The translations under genes were made by a program, and so were the position numbers. A stretch of 63,221 bases of DNA, the filler included, from Diploschistes diacapsis (lineage: Eukaryota), in NCBI GenBank assembly GCA_023645945.1. It is 12 parts of 12 records of this genome, joined end to end, with 100 filler letters (N's around TTAATTAATTAA, not from the genome) between each part and the next. Parts side by side here need not be neighbours in the genome. Positions count along the whole stretch, not along the records: positions 24,689 to 47,455 come from JALAIB010000276.1; positions 47,556 to 49,208 come from JALAIB010002760.1; 10 more parts are not named here. One strand, 5' to 3'. Below are positions 36,497-49,308 of the stretch, in pieces. The notes below the pieces were generated by a model. It had not been told where the DNA came from, searched no databases, and saw only the letters and a list, made by a program, of their open reading frames with translations. Each line of letters opens with the position of its first letter. The stretch's first letter is position 1.

Positions 36497-38399
36497 TACA
36501 AAGGACGCCTTTTATTGCACTCGGTCTCTTAACGTAGGACTCTTTTGGATAACAGAATATTGCAGCCGACGAAGCTCTGTTACATTGTTACACAACTACA
36601 ATGTCATACCACATCATGCCGCTCCGGGACGACAATCAGCGAGATTGAGTTTCAGGGACTTTTAGCGAAGTCCCACTCTATTCCTGAAACTGATTGTCTA
36701 TCTATGCGTTTGCTGGGCCATGCGCGCATGCGTATTCCTGCCTGTATGAGTGTTGAGAGTTCTCGGAATGGATACCATAGCGGTTGAGAGACCAGATAGA
36801 CATTGGCGTGAAGTTGTTGGCAACTCTCCAAGGCACCTGGTGGCTCTTAAGAATGTTTCACCACGATAGAGGCTCCTTGAATTAACCCGAAGAGTGAGAG
36901 CTTGCTGATACGACTGCCACAGGGAAGTTGAGCTATTGCGATTGAAACAGAGTAATTCAGGAGCAGTCAGTCACCAAGGGAAATAACTTCTCGGCCAACG
37001 TATGCCACCCAATTGTCTATTCATCGGATCGTAAAAGCCTCGATTGAAATTTCCGAGCAAAGGCTTGCCGAAATACACTAAATGGGTGCTATCGTGACTG
37101 CTACTGCCCACTGCCAGTAACTTATGTCTCAAGCCATCTTCAAAATATGAGGCATACCCAGTCTAAAGCGAGTGCTTTACGAACAAATAGCTACTAGCTC
37201 TTCAGTTCCCGCTCTTCGAAACACCAAATCTCAAAAACCACAGAATTACCAAACCATCGTCTCTCGCGCAAGCTGGGGTCCCCACCTCTTCTAACAATAT
37301 CCATCAAACCTGACCTTTTGTCGCCTTTTTTCCCGATTCTTGTTCATCCGCGTAACCTGCCAATAAGCAGACTCCAATTCTCAAAAGCTTCCAGCCAAGG
37401 AAGAAGCCGAGCCTTTACCATATACCAAAGGCACAAGGGAATATGATTCTCGTACCAGCGGGTTGTTGCAGTGGGACCTGCGCCCCTGCCGGAGCATGGG
37501 TAGAATTCAGCAGCGAGAAGGTGAAAGCGTCGAATGCAATCTACTCTTTTCCACCGTGAAGGAGGGGTGGGGGGTACTACTTGGGCCCCCAGATCCTGAA
37601 CCGAGAAGACTAGCCGAGATCTATGTGACTTTTTCGTCGGAGGATCCAGAACGGGGAAAAGGGGGATTATGGCGCTTAAAAGGGAGCTTTTTACACGTCA
37701 AGGGAAAAGGGACTCGAGAGGCCGGGCGATGTCGAGATCGTGTATTGGCGAAGGAAAAAACTAGAGCTCTGGGAAGGATAGGGGGCTGCGTATACGTTGA
37801 GGGAACAATCGATTGTGCCGTATCTTAGATACCGATAACCGTTGATCCAAAACGCTCCATATCGCTCCGAGCTCAATGTTCTCGCCATTGGTCTGATGTG
37901 AATGGAGGTTGTGTACGAGATGCCCCCACGTAGCTACCTCTCTCTGTGTGTCCCATGGGATGCAACCTCGAAGTTCTCTAAAGGGCAATCATATCTAGAG
38001 AGTACATCGTGGATAGCTGCTGCTGGAACTTACTTGAGGGGCTGAGGGTACATCCTATCGGACACGCAGAGGTAAGGTGTCTCTGTAAAAAACATCATGT
38101 TCGTGTTATGGCTGCAAGGCAGACATGCCCAGTCTAGCCTGTATACATACTGTAATAGTTGTTTCTGCCTCAGGGCAATGAAACTGGATTGGTCCAGTTG
38201 GCCTCGGTTGCGCCTTGAGCTTCGGTTCAGTGCAACGAGCATTGGGGCTTTACGCAAAAGAAGGGTGTGTTCGATTCTGATTCTCGGTAACATCAATAGA
38301 TTTTTTTCTTCTCCTTACTCTTTCTGTTTTTTTTTCCCCTGTAGACCCCGTTCACCCCGAGCTATATACTTTTACTCTATGAATCTCTCTAGCCTTTTT

Positions 38400-39923
38400 C
38401 TACTCCCTCCTCTTCGACAACCTTGGCAGCAGCATCCACACTGCCACCATAACTGCAAACAAACCCACCGCAACCGGGTTAACCACCCACGTCCCAACCC
38501 TCTGACTCACCACGCCCGTGACAAACGGCGCCACCGCGCCCCCACTACTCCCCATCGCGCTAATGAACGCCAACGCACTGACCAGCTCGTGTCTGTTGAG
38601 CAAGCGACTGAACGTTGAGATAGCAAAAGCATAGATGGGTCCCAGCAGCAACCCCACAAGAGCCACGGCAACCGCCTCCCCAATAATCGCCGGCACGAAC
38701 CACACCGCAAGCTGAAGTAGCGCGGCGCCGACGGCCAGCGCCACGACAGCAACGCGCTCGCCCAGGCGACCCGCCAGGTGCGACAGCACAAAGCGGCCAA
38801 GCGTGATACCGGCCCAGAAGCCGGAGGTGATGTATCCGAGCGATGGAGACTGCGAAGCCGGGTGCGGGCGGGTCTGGAGGAGGAAGGAGAGGATCCAGCC
38901 GGAGATGGAGACCTCGGCGCCCTGGTAGGCGAAGATGAAGGCGGCGCCGAGCAGGGTGGTGCGGTTGCGGAGGGCTTTCAGCAGGGTGCGGAGACGGGAG
39001 AGTTTGTTTGTTTCTTCTTCTTCTTCTTCTTCTTCCCCCGCCTGCTGGTGAGAGGGGCTTAGCTGGAGCTGGGACGGATCTGATAGGGCTTTCTCGTAGC
39101 CGCGGGAGGTCCAGTATGCGCAGATGCAGTTGACGGCGGCGATTGCCAGCGTGATGAAGTAAAAGGTTGTCCAGTTCCTTCCGGTGCTGACGAGGGCGGT
39201 AGCTAGCAATGGGCCGAGAATGCCTCCGATGCCGTAGCAGCCGTGGAAGACGCCGAGAAGCGCAGTGCCGTTCGCCATGCTTGCGACAAAGACGTTGTTT
39301 ACGGCCAAGGTCCAGCTCATACCGAGACCGGAAAGAAAGAACCCTACGACGATGCCTGCGAAAGGGGGCCTGCACACATACATTGCGTACGCGCTGGTCA
39401 CAAAGGCTTGCGAGATCAACAATATGCCAGCTCGGCCGAGCTTCGCTTGGAGCCAGTGCGTCACTGGGGCGGCGCTGATAAAGCCTATGGCGTTCGCCAC
39501 GAAGAGTAGCGACACGGTGCTGTAGCCAATAGAGTAATAGTCTTCGATATACGGCAGCAGAGCACCCGGCGCCGAGTCGTTCAAGCCCATCACGAGACTT
39601 ATGGCGCATGTGTTGAGGAAGCGATAGAGGTTTCCGGGCGGAGATTGGAGCGTCTGCGCTACCGTGGCAGACGGTCGACGGGCGATTGAGAACTGTCGTG
39701 ACGGAGAGGGTGGATTCGACTCGAGCTCTTCGGGTGTTCTTGGTGTTTGCGTTCCACGAGGGCTGTCAATTTCTGGAGTAATCCGGCCATTATATCGAGT
39801 CCCGAAGGTAAGATTGTCCAACTCGAGAGCGCCTGGAGCCTTCCGCAGCGCTGGCGGAGGGCTGGTTATGCTTGATCGTGGCTCCATTTCCAGCATGGAC
39901 GCGGCAAACATTGAAGTAGCCAT
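38400..39923 (-). CDS. MFS transporter (Bsc6-like)
   Basis: 507-aa intact ORF with many TM segments: GLNDSAPGALLPYIE, FHGCYGIGGILGP, FIFAYQGAEVSISGW, GFWAGITLGR, GSSGGAVAPF. (GAA)n poly-Glu loop at ~39013-39033. Confidence 0.92.
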   Translation of the reverse strand: MATSMFAASMLEMEPRSSITSPPPALRKAPGALELDNLTFGTRYNGRITPEIDSPRGTQTPRTPEELESNPPSPSRQFSIARRPSATVAQTLQSPPGNLYRFLNTCAISLVMGLNDSAPGALLPYIEDYYSIGYSTVSLLFVANAIGFISAAPVTHWLQAKLGRAGILLISQAFVTSAYAMYVCRPPFAGIVVGFFLSGLGMSWTLAVNNVFVASMANGTALLGVFHGCYGIGGILGPLLATALVSTGRNWTTFYFITLAIAAVNCICAYWTSRGYEKALSDPSQLQLSPSHQQAGEEEEEEEETNKLSRLRTLLKALRNRTTLLGAAFIFAYQGAEVSISGWILSFLLQTRPHPASQSPSLGYITSGFWAGITLGRFVLSHLAGRLGERVAVVALAVGAALLQLAVWFVPAIIGEAVAVALVGLLLGPIYAFAISTFSRLLNRHELVSALAFISAMGSSGGAVAPFVTGVVSQRVGTWVVNPVAVGLFAVMVAVWMLLPRLSKRRE

Positions 39924-40970
39924 CAGGCCTGCAATTGGATGGGTTCTCCTAAGGTCAAAACGGATATTGGAGGCTCAACAACGATGATCCGATAGCTTGA
40001 AAGAGATCATATCGATTAAACAGGAGGAAACTTGGCGCTTTAAATGGCCACGAAAGCTTGCTTACCTTCGACATATGATTCATGCGTGGGGTATCTTTGC
40101 TCGTATCAGCTTACGCATGAAAAGCATGAGCTTTTAACAAAACGTCGTGATAATGACCAAAAATTCAACCGTGCGGTTGATCGAGCGCTTTCTTTGTAAG
40201 ACGTTAAACCCCCCTCCCCACGTTTGTCTCGGGAGAACTTCGGCGTCACTCTTTTTTTCTTTTTTCTTCTCCCAGCGCATTCTCTGGAATCATTGTCGTT
40301 ATTTCTGTAAACATGGAATGCAATGTGATTGTGTAATCACTGACCTGAGTTGCTGAAGAGTTCTTGAAAGCACCGAACCTCCACCGGTCCTTGAATAACA
40401 GCCTGATCATAGCGACACCTGCGTGATAGTATCGATGCACCCCCTCTCCCTGTGCTTCCAACGACATCCACGCAAATGTTGAACAGCAGACACTGAGGAT
40501 GCAAGGCTCGCTCAATGCATAGAGTGGCAAGACGATGGATTCTATTGTTCTAGATACGCCATGGCCCTGCCACCTCCATGGAGCCCGTTCCCAAATCTAT
40601 TTGCTTGCAACCGCGCAGCAACCGATGTCCAGTGTCGACGTAGCGGTTGCTGCGCCTAGTGCTAGTTCTTTCCAAAGCGCCCTTTTTATCCTGTAGGCCG
40701 ACTCCTCGATGCTTGTACGAGCCTTCCACGTGGTAAACTACCTTGCTTCCATGAACATAATCATCATCGAACGAAGCATCTGAGATATTCAAAGACATGG
40801 TTGAGTTCGTGTCATGGTGTGCTTTGGTCGGAAGGCTCTGTCCCATGCTTTATTGCAGAAGCCGGCCCTGATCCAGTATTTAGACCTCTCTATCGTTTGG
40901 AATGGCGTTTACGCTTCAGGGATCCACTCGTGCTCGACCCTCCGTTGGCCTTAGCTTTGTCTGCTTCTTG

Positions 40971-43175
40971 TTAACAGTTACCACATGAGAACCATTTCTT
41001 GTCCTCCATACCTGGAGTTCTGCCAACGATATACCGTCTGCATATCTGCAAACACTGACTCAGAACCTCGTACTTTTGCCCAAGTTCCTCCCGGTATGCT
41101 CGGCTTTCGTCAGACTCTCCGGCAATGCTCCGGATATCTTGATTTTCAATGTCTTCAACGCTGACTGGCGAGAAGATAGTCCTTAACCCACACATCAGCT
41201 CTTGCTCCACGACGTAAGCGGCAATATCATCTACGAATTGCTTCATGGCAATCTTGGATCCGAATTAGCATTGCGTCCAAAGCTCATGACGTTCTCATAC
41301 CTTGTAATATGCGTTCATGGAGTCGAGCGCCTCTGATGCGGCAAAATGGTCCATATTGAGCTCGGAAATATCGATGAGTGAGAACACCATGGACTCGATA
41401 TCCACATTCGCATTGGTATAAGCCACACGAGCGCTGGTCGAGGTCCCCAGGTAACCTTTTATCACTTGAGTGTACTTTTGACGCATGCGCTCGTTACGAG
41501 CACTCTGCAACCCTTCGGTAAACAGAGGATTGTACGTAATCGGATGACCTTCGCCACGTCTTTTGAGCAGTTCCTTTGTCATAACTTTGAGTTTGATTTC
41601 TGTTTCTGTCAAAATTGGCGCCAAAATCTGGCGGAAGATAGCATCATGGGTTTCTTCGTCGCAGACCTCTGCCAAGACGAGGTGTAAGAAACGTTCCACA
41701 GCTTCGAAAACGTCTTCGATGTGATTCTTCGTTATGGCATCCTATGGTTCGGAGTGTTCCGCGAATAAGTCTTTCACGATCATAGAATTGAAGGTACCCG
41801 ATAACTCACAACCGCGACTGCACGACATGAAGCTCGAGATGTGGTCCAGATAAGTTGTTCGTAGTATTTTCTCAGGTCCTCCCCCATCAGCATTTTCCTC
41901 GAAGGAGGAAGGCATGACTGAGACGACTTCTCTCAAATGACCTTGAAGTTGGATCTCTTCTGCAAATCCCATATGCAGGTTCTGTACAACGGCTCGTAAT
42001 CGCTTGCACTGTCCGGTTTCCGTCCTCACCTCACCGAAGAAGGCGTCGTTATACGTACCGTCGACTCCTGCTCTGACCAGACTCTGAAATGGCTGACTAA
42101 TCCCTAACAAGTAGGCTTTCTGCTGTGCCAAGGTGGCTCTGGGTTTCCCAAGCTGTTCCAGTGTACGACGGCATGCGTCCGCTCCGACTTCAATCTCGCC
42201 AACCATTTTGGGTAACTCCTTGGCGATTTGCTCTAAAGGAACTTTGCTTAATCGTTGCCTAAAGCTCTTAATGCCCAGGTTCATCTTCGGTAAGCTTGCC
42301 CATGGCTTTTTAGAAAAGAACTTTCTGCTCTTCGGCATGGCGGACCGCTAGCGAAGCAGAACTGTCTTCAGTGTCCAGATTCCTAAGCACATGCCATCCA
42401 TGGTGAAACTTGACATCCTCATTCTCCGCCAACGCTATGAATGAATCCTCGCCCATAGAATTCTTTTTCAACTTGTCAGGCTCTGTGATCACGCCTATGG
42501 TTCGCAGCCCTTCCGGGTCGGCGTCTCTCGCAAGCTTTAGCGCTATCTGATTTGCATAGTCGTACTTCGCGGATACGACAGCGAGGATGATACTTCTTGT
42601 CTCTTTCATCTTGTCCTTGACAAGGTTTCCAATGAGATCAATATCAGACGAGGACTGCTGCTTGGTCGGTGAGTGAATCAACCCTGGCAGATCGACGATT
42701 GTCAGTTGCGGATGGTCGGGACCAGAAACTTCCACTCGCAGGGTTGTCTCTAGCGAACGCTCTGCCGTTCTGCGAGATGCCCAAAGCAGCTGCTGCTTTC
42801 TTAATCAAGGCTGGCAGTTGACCGAAGTGACCTAACGATTGTTTGAACTTGAGAAGCTTCTTTTTCTTTCCCTCTGGTCGATTTGGATCCGGGACAATGG
42901 ATACAGACACTGCTGGCTGAGCGGTCTTGCGAAGTTGCAGTTCTGTAGGGAAGCGAGTACAGACGTCACTTTTTGCTGGGAAGGAGAACGTAGAGAGGGC
43001 TTGTAGTACCGAGCCTTTTTCCGGACGATTGGTCTCCACAGACGATGATCTGAGGTAAGGAGACGTACGAACTCGCTCCTAACTCACGGCATTTGTCAAT
43101 AGCATCTATCAAGTTTACCTGGTCTTCAGAGTCGAGGCTACGCAATGCGCCCTGTCCAGACTTGGAAAGGGCCAT
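40971..43175 (-). pseudogene. Mx-like dynamin-family GTPase pseudogene
   Basis: SLPQIIVCGDQSSGK/SVLQALS, CTRFPTEL, LTIVDLPGLIH, RTIGVITEPD, GWHVLRN, RGCELSGTFN, HPITYN, GED AYYK/KQFVDDIA. Frameshifts at ~43015, ~42745 and ~42340; TAG at 41742. Confidence 0.9.
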
Positions 43176-44166
43176 GTCGGATATCGGCAATCCTACAGTT
43201 TGAGAACAGAAACTGTCAGGCAGGCTAAGATTGAAGAAAGGCAAGAGCCTGAGCTCCCCAAAGTTGAAAGGGAAGGTCGGGTGTGAGATGTTAAGACTGT
43301 AAAGTATGGTGAATACTGGCACGAGGGGATTCTTCTGCTGCAGAATAAGCAGTGAACATGTTCGATAGGGCTCAGAGGCTCCGAGTAAATGAAAGGACTG
43401 TAGATGAAGAAGTGATTAACAGAGTGAAAACTGAATTGACTGGTAGATGAGGCCGAGGAGTGGCTAAGCTACTCACATAGTAAAAAAGGGAGTAGGACCA
43501 ACGAAGCTTAGAGGCTTTTGAGTTCACAGGCAACTGCAGGTGAAGAAGTGATTGACAGAATGAAAATTGAAGACTAACCAGAAAAGGGAAACCGAAGGAG
43601 CTGCTCCTCTATTATCAGCATATAAAGTTGGGTAACCGCGGTCAGCCTTTATAGTACTGAGGGTTGATCGCTTGTGTTGGCATCCAGCTTTCTATCCCTC
43701 AGTATGTAGAGGAACTGAACAGCAGCGAACCTGAGCTGTCTCGGAACAAGGTAGCGGATGCGCCAACTTAACGTCCAGATTCGAAAATTTGCCAGAGCCC
43801 TTTGAGTCATCAATCGTTTGACGATATTTCTTCCAAGAGTAATAAGAAGTCTTTCAACCAAGAGAACTGCCAGCATGTGCATTGAAACACCATGCGACTA
43901 GTAACTCCCTTTATATACACCCAGTCTTCATCCTAGAACTGTACGTCTTTTCATATATTACGGGCTAGAAATTAGACCCGGTGACAATAATTGGCGTATA
44001 AGTATATCCCAATATTTTCAACGCAAAGTAGTACAAGTCGTTGAAGCGAAGGGCAGCCTTCGAACAAGTAGAAATCCACAGGCGATGGGAAATCAACACA
44101 GCCTGCACCAATGTCATACTCCCAACCATCCCCCAAGCACGACAATGTAACGGATGACACCATCAC

Positions 44167-46397
44167 TCACGGCAGCGACATAAACAAGTTTCTTTTCTCG
44201 GGCAACTCGACGTCCCAAGTCCTGTCACAGGATCCCATCTGCCAACATCCTTAGCAGCTGCAGCACATACCAATGAATACAGAACTCGCCCATGAACGGC
44301 TGCAAACCCATCCGCCATGCTAAGATTGCACCCATAATTCATTCCTCCCCCGATATCGCTCGGGACCTGCGGGTTAGCATACGATACGTGATTGATAAAG
44401 CCCAGCGTCTCTTGCCCGCCATCAGTCTCTTACTGTTGATCAGACTTGCCACGCTCACAACAAGTGGCGTCGCCGCGCTTGTGCCTCCGCCCAAGTTATT
44501 TAAGCAGCGCTGGGGTATTTTCCCGCTGCTGAGTTTGTCAGGGAAAGGGCGGCCGAGGCGGTGGAAGCGTCCCCCACCAACACCAACGTTTGAAGGGGAG
44601 CCATCATAGTTATAGGCTGGAAGGGGGAAAGGGTTATTGTAAAAGTAGTTAGCCACAGCATCGCGTTGGTATTGTGGGGTTAGGAAATAGTTGGAGAAGT
44701 CACCACCGGATATGAGGCCGGCCCAGCGGCAAGAACGCCGGCAACTTCGGGGTCGTGAACACTTCTTTGGGTTTGGATCATTGTAGCGTCGACGGCGGTT
44801 ACCCAGGAGCAACTAAAGCGGGTATTAGTTAAAGACACAGTTAGGAGGCGGAATAGCGAACGCTGGTAGGCCGTTGGGGTTGAAGGCTCGCTGATTGGCG
44901 CCTTTGCACTAGCCTGTTCTGCTGGCAACGCCTCAGTCTCCTGAAGCAGCGAGGACTGTGTGCCTTGGAGTCCGAGCTTCAAGAATTTGAAATGCAGGTG
45001 GGTGTCAGTTAAGATCCTAGGAGGAAGATACATTAGAGAAAACAGGTACTCGTTGCACATGGGTTTTGTTTCTGCTTCCAGCATGTCGAGCTCATTCGGA
45101 GCGTACGAGGTTGAGATGACTTTGGGAAGCTTGGCAATGCCGCAAGGACTAGGGTCAGTGGAGTTCGTACAAAGGACTGTTATAGAGTATTAGGATTTGA
45201 GCACACATCCTATACAGCAACATGCCGCGCCAAAGGAGCTGAGCATGACCTCTATCGCAAGAAGTAGCGCTACACTAGAACCCGCCTTAGTGGTCAGATT
45301 GACGCTGGAGGTTACGATAATTTCGGTTTGGACAACGGTGAGATTGCTTGCAAACAATGTCAGATTCTGAGGATATATCAAGGGCGAGGCAACTTGGATA
45401 TCTAGGTCAGCTTCTTCGTTCACTAAGGAGGTGAATTCCTGAGGCAGCTGAGCTCCGTTGATCAATATATCCACTGGCATTGTTCCTCATGGGATAAACG
45501 GTGCTACTTGTGTGAAAACTGATCCATGTCACTTGAACAAAGGATGCGTCGGATTCATAGATGGCAAAGGTATTTTCGCATAGCAGTTGAAGGTTCTGCA
45601 ATATCATACAGAGCATTGAAGCACTGTGGAGATGCTGAGAGCCAACAGTTGTCCAGGGAGGTGTTGAAGGCGAATGGGTAGTTACACTAGGACTGACGCT
45701 TCAGCAGCTCTCTCGAGAATCCTTCTTAACAGAGGCAGCCAGAAGCCCAACTATATGCGTGATGGAGTCAATATGTTGTTTTAGGTCCAAAGGGACATGG
45801 TACCTAAAAGCATGTAGCGTGATCAGCTGTAGACAACTGCCCTCCAGGCACGCAATCTCTGAGCTAGGCTTACCGCTCGCAGGCGATGGCCATTATGCCC
45901 GAGCTGGGAATGCTGATAGAGAAAGTATTCCGTTTGGAGAGAATTTCCAAGTTCTTCGGCCGTAGCTTCCAATTTCAGAAAGCCTTGGCTCTTAAAGGAT
46001 GAGATACGGTCTTTCGATATTCCTGAATCCACAAGCCAATAAAAGGCAGCGTTTATAGCTGCATCAGATAGCCCAGAGGTGACACTGACTTCCTCGTGTG
46101 TCAAATACTTGCAGTATCTTGGAGAAGTCAGATCTGCAATGCAGCAAAATCAGCAAGAGAGCTCTGTTGCGAAAGTCAGCTCCTCGCATGTTCGTGAATA
46201 GATCAGAACCATGGTCGAGATTCCTTTGAGACAAGGCAATCCGAACAGGTAGTTTTGTCTTGGGATGGACCTTGTCACTCTAACCCAGGATGATATCGTG
46301 TCGCGCTTTGATGGGCAACGTGAACGCCTAGAGCTGCACCGGATAAAGGGAGGGACAGAATGCCCAAAAGGGCGAAATCCAATAGGTTAAAGCGCAT
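44167..46397 (-). pseudogene. Sedolisin (S53) tripeptidyl-peptidase/aorsin-like protease pseudogene
   Basis: Pro-domain LPVRIALSQRNLD...YCKYLTHEEV, EEADLDIQ, VISTSY, FLKLGLQG, SGGDFSNYF..PQYQ, GRPFPD, GGTSAATP, WDPVTGLGT, end LFMSLP*. Many stops and frameshifts. Confidence 0.88.
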
Positions 46398-47555
46398 TGT
46401 CTCTTGACTAGAGAAAAGTGAGCGGAAAAGTGTTATGGAGAAAAAAATATAAGGGAAAATAGGGTAAAGGTCCCCTTAATAAAGGCAGAAAATCTCGCAG
46501 TTGGAGCAGGAGGTCAAAAAACTGGAAAGGTTATACGAAATCGATTCAGCCATGAAGATATCATCGCCAAACCGAGCGGATTCATTCTCTCCACAAGCAT
46601 CAAGCCGCGGCTGAGTACAGAACTTGAAGATTGCCGAAGCCCCGAGATGTAGCTAATGCCTCAATAACCCCATCTGGCTCAGGCTATTCCACTTGGATAT
46701 GAAGCGTAACGTCCATGCGCACAGACACGGTGGTGTAAGGCTGCTTTTCGGTGCACAATCCTAGGAAGGCAAATGCAAGAATGTCAGGGGAGACGGCTTA
46801 GAGAGGACCTAGTATCTGGATAATGTGTTGTACAAGCCAATGCAGAGTACCCATCGGGCTTTGCAAGACTGATATATAATGAAATCTTGAAGTTTAAGAG
46901 CGCGATATGCTTCCAAATTCGGCTAGAGCAACGTAGTAAGCGAAGCCGCAGACGTGATGGTTCACCTAGACCGAAAATCGTTCGATAGAGCTGAAAGCCT
47001 GAGTTACCGGCTGTAGATACTGCACCGCATCGTAATTAAAGGCTCATTCAGCTGGTGGCTGATATGTGGGCGATTTAACTAATCCTTTCGGCGCTCGCTG
47101 AACAACAGAAGTGAGAACTTGAAACGACAGCCTGAATGCACATGCCCGAGGCAGGAAACGTTTAGCGCTCATTGAATCTCATCGACGCTAATGATCATGA
47201 AAATACATAACGGGTTATTCGGACAACAACATAAAAGTTAAAACGTAGGATCCAAACGTAAGTGGTTGTTCGTGGACTTTTGTGAAACCATCGAATTGAC
47301 ATGAAATTTCAGTATGTGCTATTCTGCCTACTGTAAAATTGTGTAACATATTTGGTGGCGCCCTAGTGATGCATTCTGTCTAGCTCGCTGTGGCTCTGTT
47401 AGGTACCTAGATCTCTATATAATTTATATATAAATGTATATTACTTATAGAAATANNNNNNNNNNNNNNNNNNNNNNNNNNNNNNNNNNNNNNNNNNNNT
47501 TAATTAATTAANNNNNNNNNNNNNNNNNNNNNNNNNNNNNNNNNNNNNNNNNNNN

Positions 47556-47950
47556 AACCTAATCACTCCTTATATATAATTTAATTATAATAATGTTAAT
47601 TACGTAATAAATAAAAAGCTTTAAAAATTATTTTACTTTTTATAAATAAAACGAAAAAACGGTAATTCTATTTATTTATTAAACTATTTCGTTAAAAAAT
47701 AATTGATTATATAAGAACGCGTTATAGTTCTTATAAATCGAGATATATTTATTTTTATAAACATTTTTAATGATTATTCGAGATCAATTTATATTCGTTT
47801 ATTTCTATTATTAGATAATAATCTTTTTAGAAATCAGAATAAACCTGTTACTAATCTACTTCTTCTCCTTTCATACTCCTCTTCTACCAGAGACCAAACC
47901 CACCTTAATCAATACCTCGTGTCTACGTTATAGAGATAGAGATCATAACA
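47556..47950 (+). mobile_element. LTR family A (gypsy), 5'-truncated by contig edge
   Basis: Homologous to 62187-62635; ends GAGATAGAGATCATAACA; RIP-mutated. Confidence 0.9.
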
Positions 47951-48647
47951 CCTACTCGGCTCAGGACCTAAAGTATTCAATTTATATTACCTACCTACTT
48001 ACCTATAAGAAGAATCTAGACCTAATCTTATTTGATGTTACCTACGCGAGCTGGCGCGTTTTTGAAAATGAAAGGTCTACGATACCTAAAAACGACGAAA
48101 AACCTCCTATGATAAGCATCCACCTAAAAGCGACGAAAAGCTCCCACGAACAAGCAAAAGATCGATTAATCAGAACCATCGATCTAATCAGTATTCAGCT
48201 ATAGCTATAACTAAAGTGCTAGATCTAGTCTTATCTATCGCGATAAGACATTACCTAAACGAATAACCTGGTAATAGTAGATCTACGACACACCTACCTA
48301 GGAGCGACGAAAAACCTTTTAGACGAAAAGAACCTACGACAAGTAGATCGACGAATTAGAGGCCACGATTTAGTCTAATCAATTACGATGAAAGAGCTTG
48401 GGATCCCATACAAGTTTTTGAACTAGTCGAACCTTCATTTTATCAATAAATAAACCTTTATTTCGCCACCTTTCGAAAGCGATTTCTGCTGCCACGATTA
48501 CTGCTGTTACTACTACTTTTCGCCCTAAGAATCGCCTGTTTTTAGTATTATTGGTTTAATAGCATCCATTTACGACGCCGAAACTTGAGAGAAGTAAGAT
48601 CGAGCACGTGTCTACGTGTAATACGGGTTGAAGATAATAGAGAGAAA

Positions 48648-49208
48648 TGTTATGATCTCTATCTCTATAATGTAGACACGAGGTAATGATTAAGGTAGGT
48701 TTGGTTTCTGTTAGAAGAGGAGTGCAAGTAGGAGAAGAAGTAAATCGGTAACAAGTCTGTTCTAATCTTTAAAAAGAAGGCTCTCTAATAATAAAAATAA
48801 CGAATATAAATTAATCCCGAATAATAATTAAAGATGTTTATAAAAATAAATATATTAAAACTTATAAGAACTATAACAACGTTTTTATATAATCAACTAT
48901 TCCTTAACGAAATAAATTAATAGATAAATAAAACTACCGTTCTCCCGTTTTACCTATAAAAAATAAAATAGCTTCCAAAACTTTTTATTTATTACGTAAT
49001 CAATATCATCATAATTAAATTATATATAAAAAATAATTAGGTTAAACCCGATTAATTATAAAATATTAAATAAATTATTATTTAATTACTTGGATCGTAA
49101 TACTATTTCTTTTCTTTAATTTTATCGGCCCGACAAGCATCGAAAAATAAATATAAATATTAAATAAAAAAGAATCTTAAGTCGTGGAATAACGATATCT
49201 TCTTCTTC
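48648..49208 (-). mobile_element. LTR family A (48648-49102) with upstream PPT and 3' internal sequence
   Basis: Reverse complement of the LTR. 49103-49208 matches the PPT/internal sequence at 53540-53623. Confidence 0.9.
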
Positions 49209-49308
49209 NNNNNNNNNNNNNNNNNNNNNNNNNNNNNNNNNNNNNNNNNNNNTTAATTAATTAANNNNNNNNNNNNNNNNNNNNNNNNNNNNNNNNNNNN
49301 NNNNNNNN

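Noticed and set aside
38560..39609. 349-aa Arg-rich ORF
   Set aside because: Alternative frame of the MFS transporter.
24689..47455. Secondary-metabolite gene cluster
   Set aside because: No PKS, NRPS, terpene or RiPP backbone; most genes are broken and functionally unrelated.
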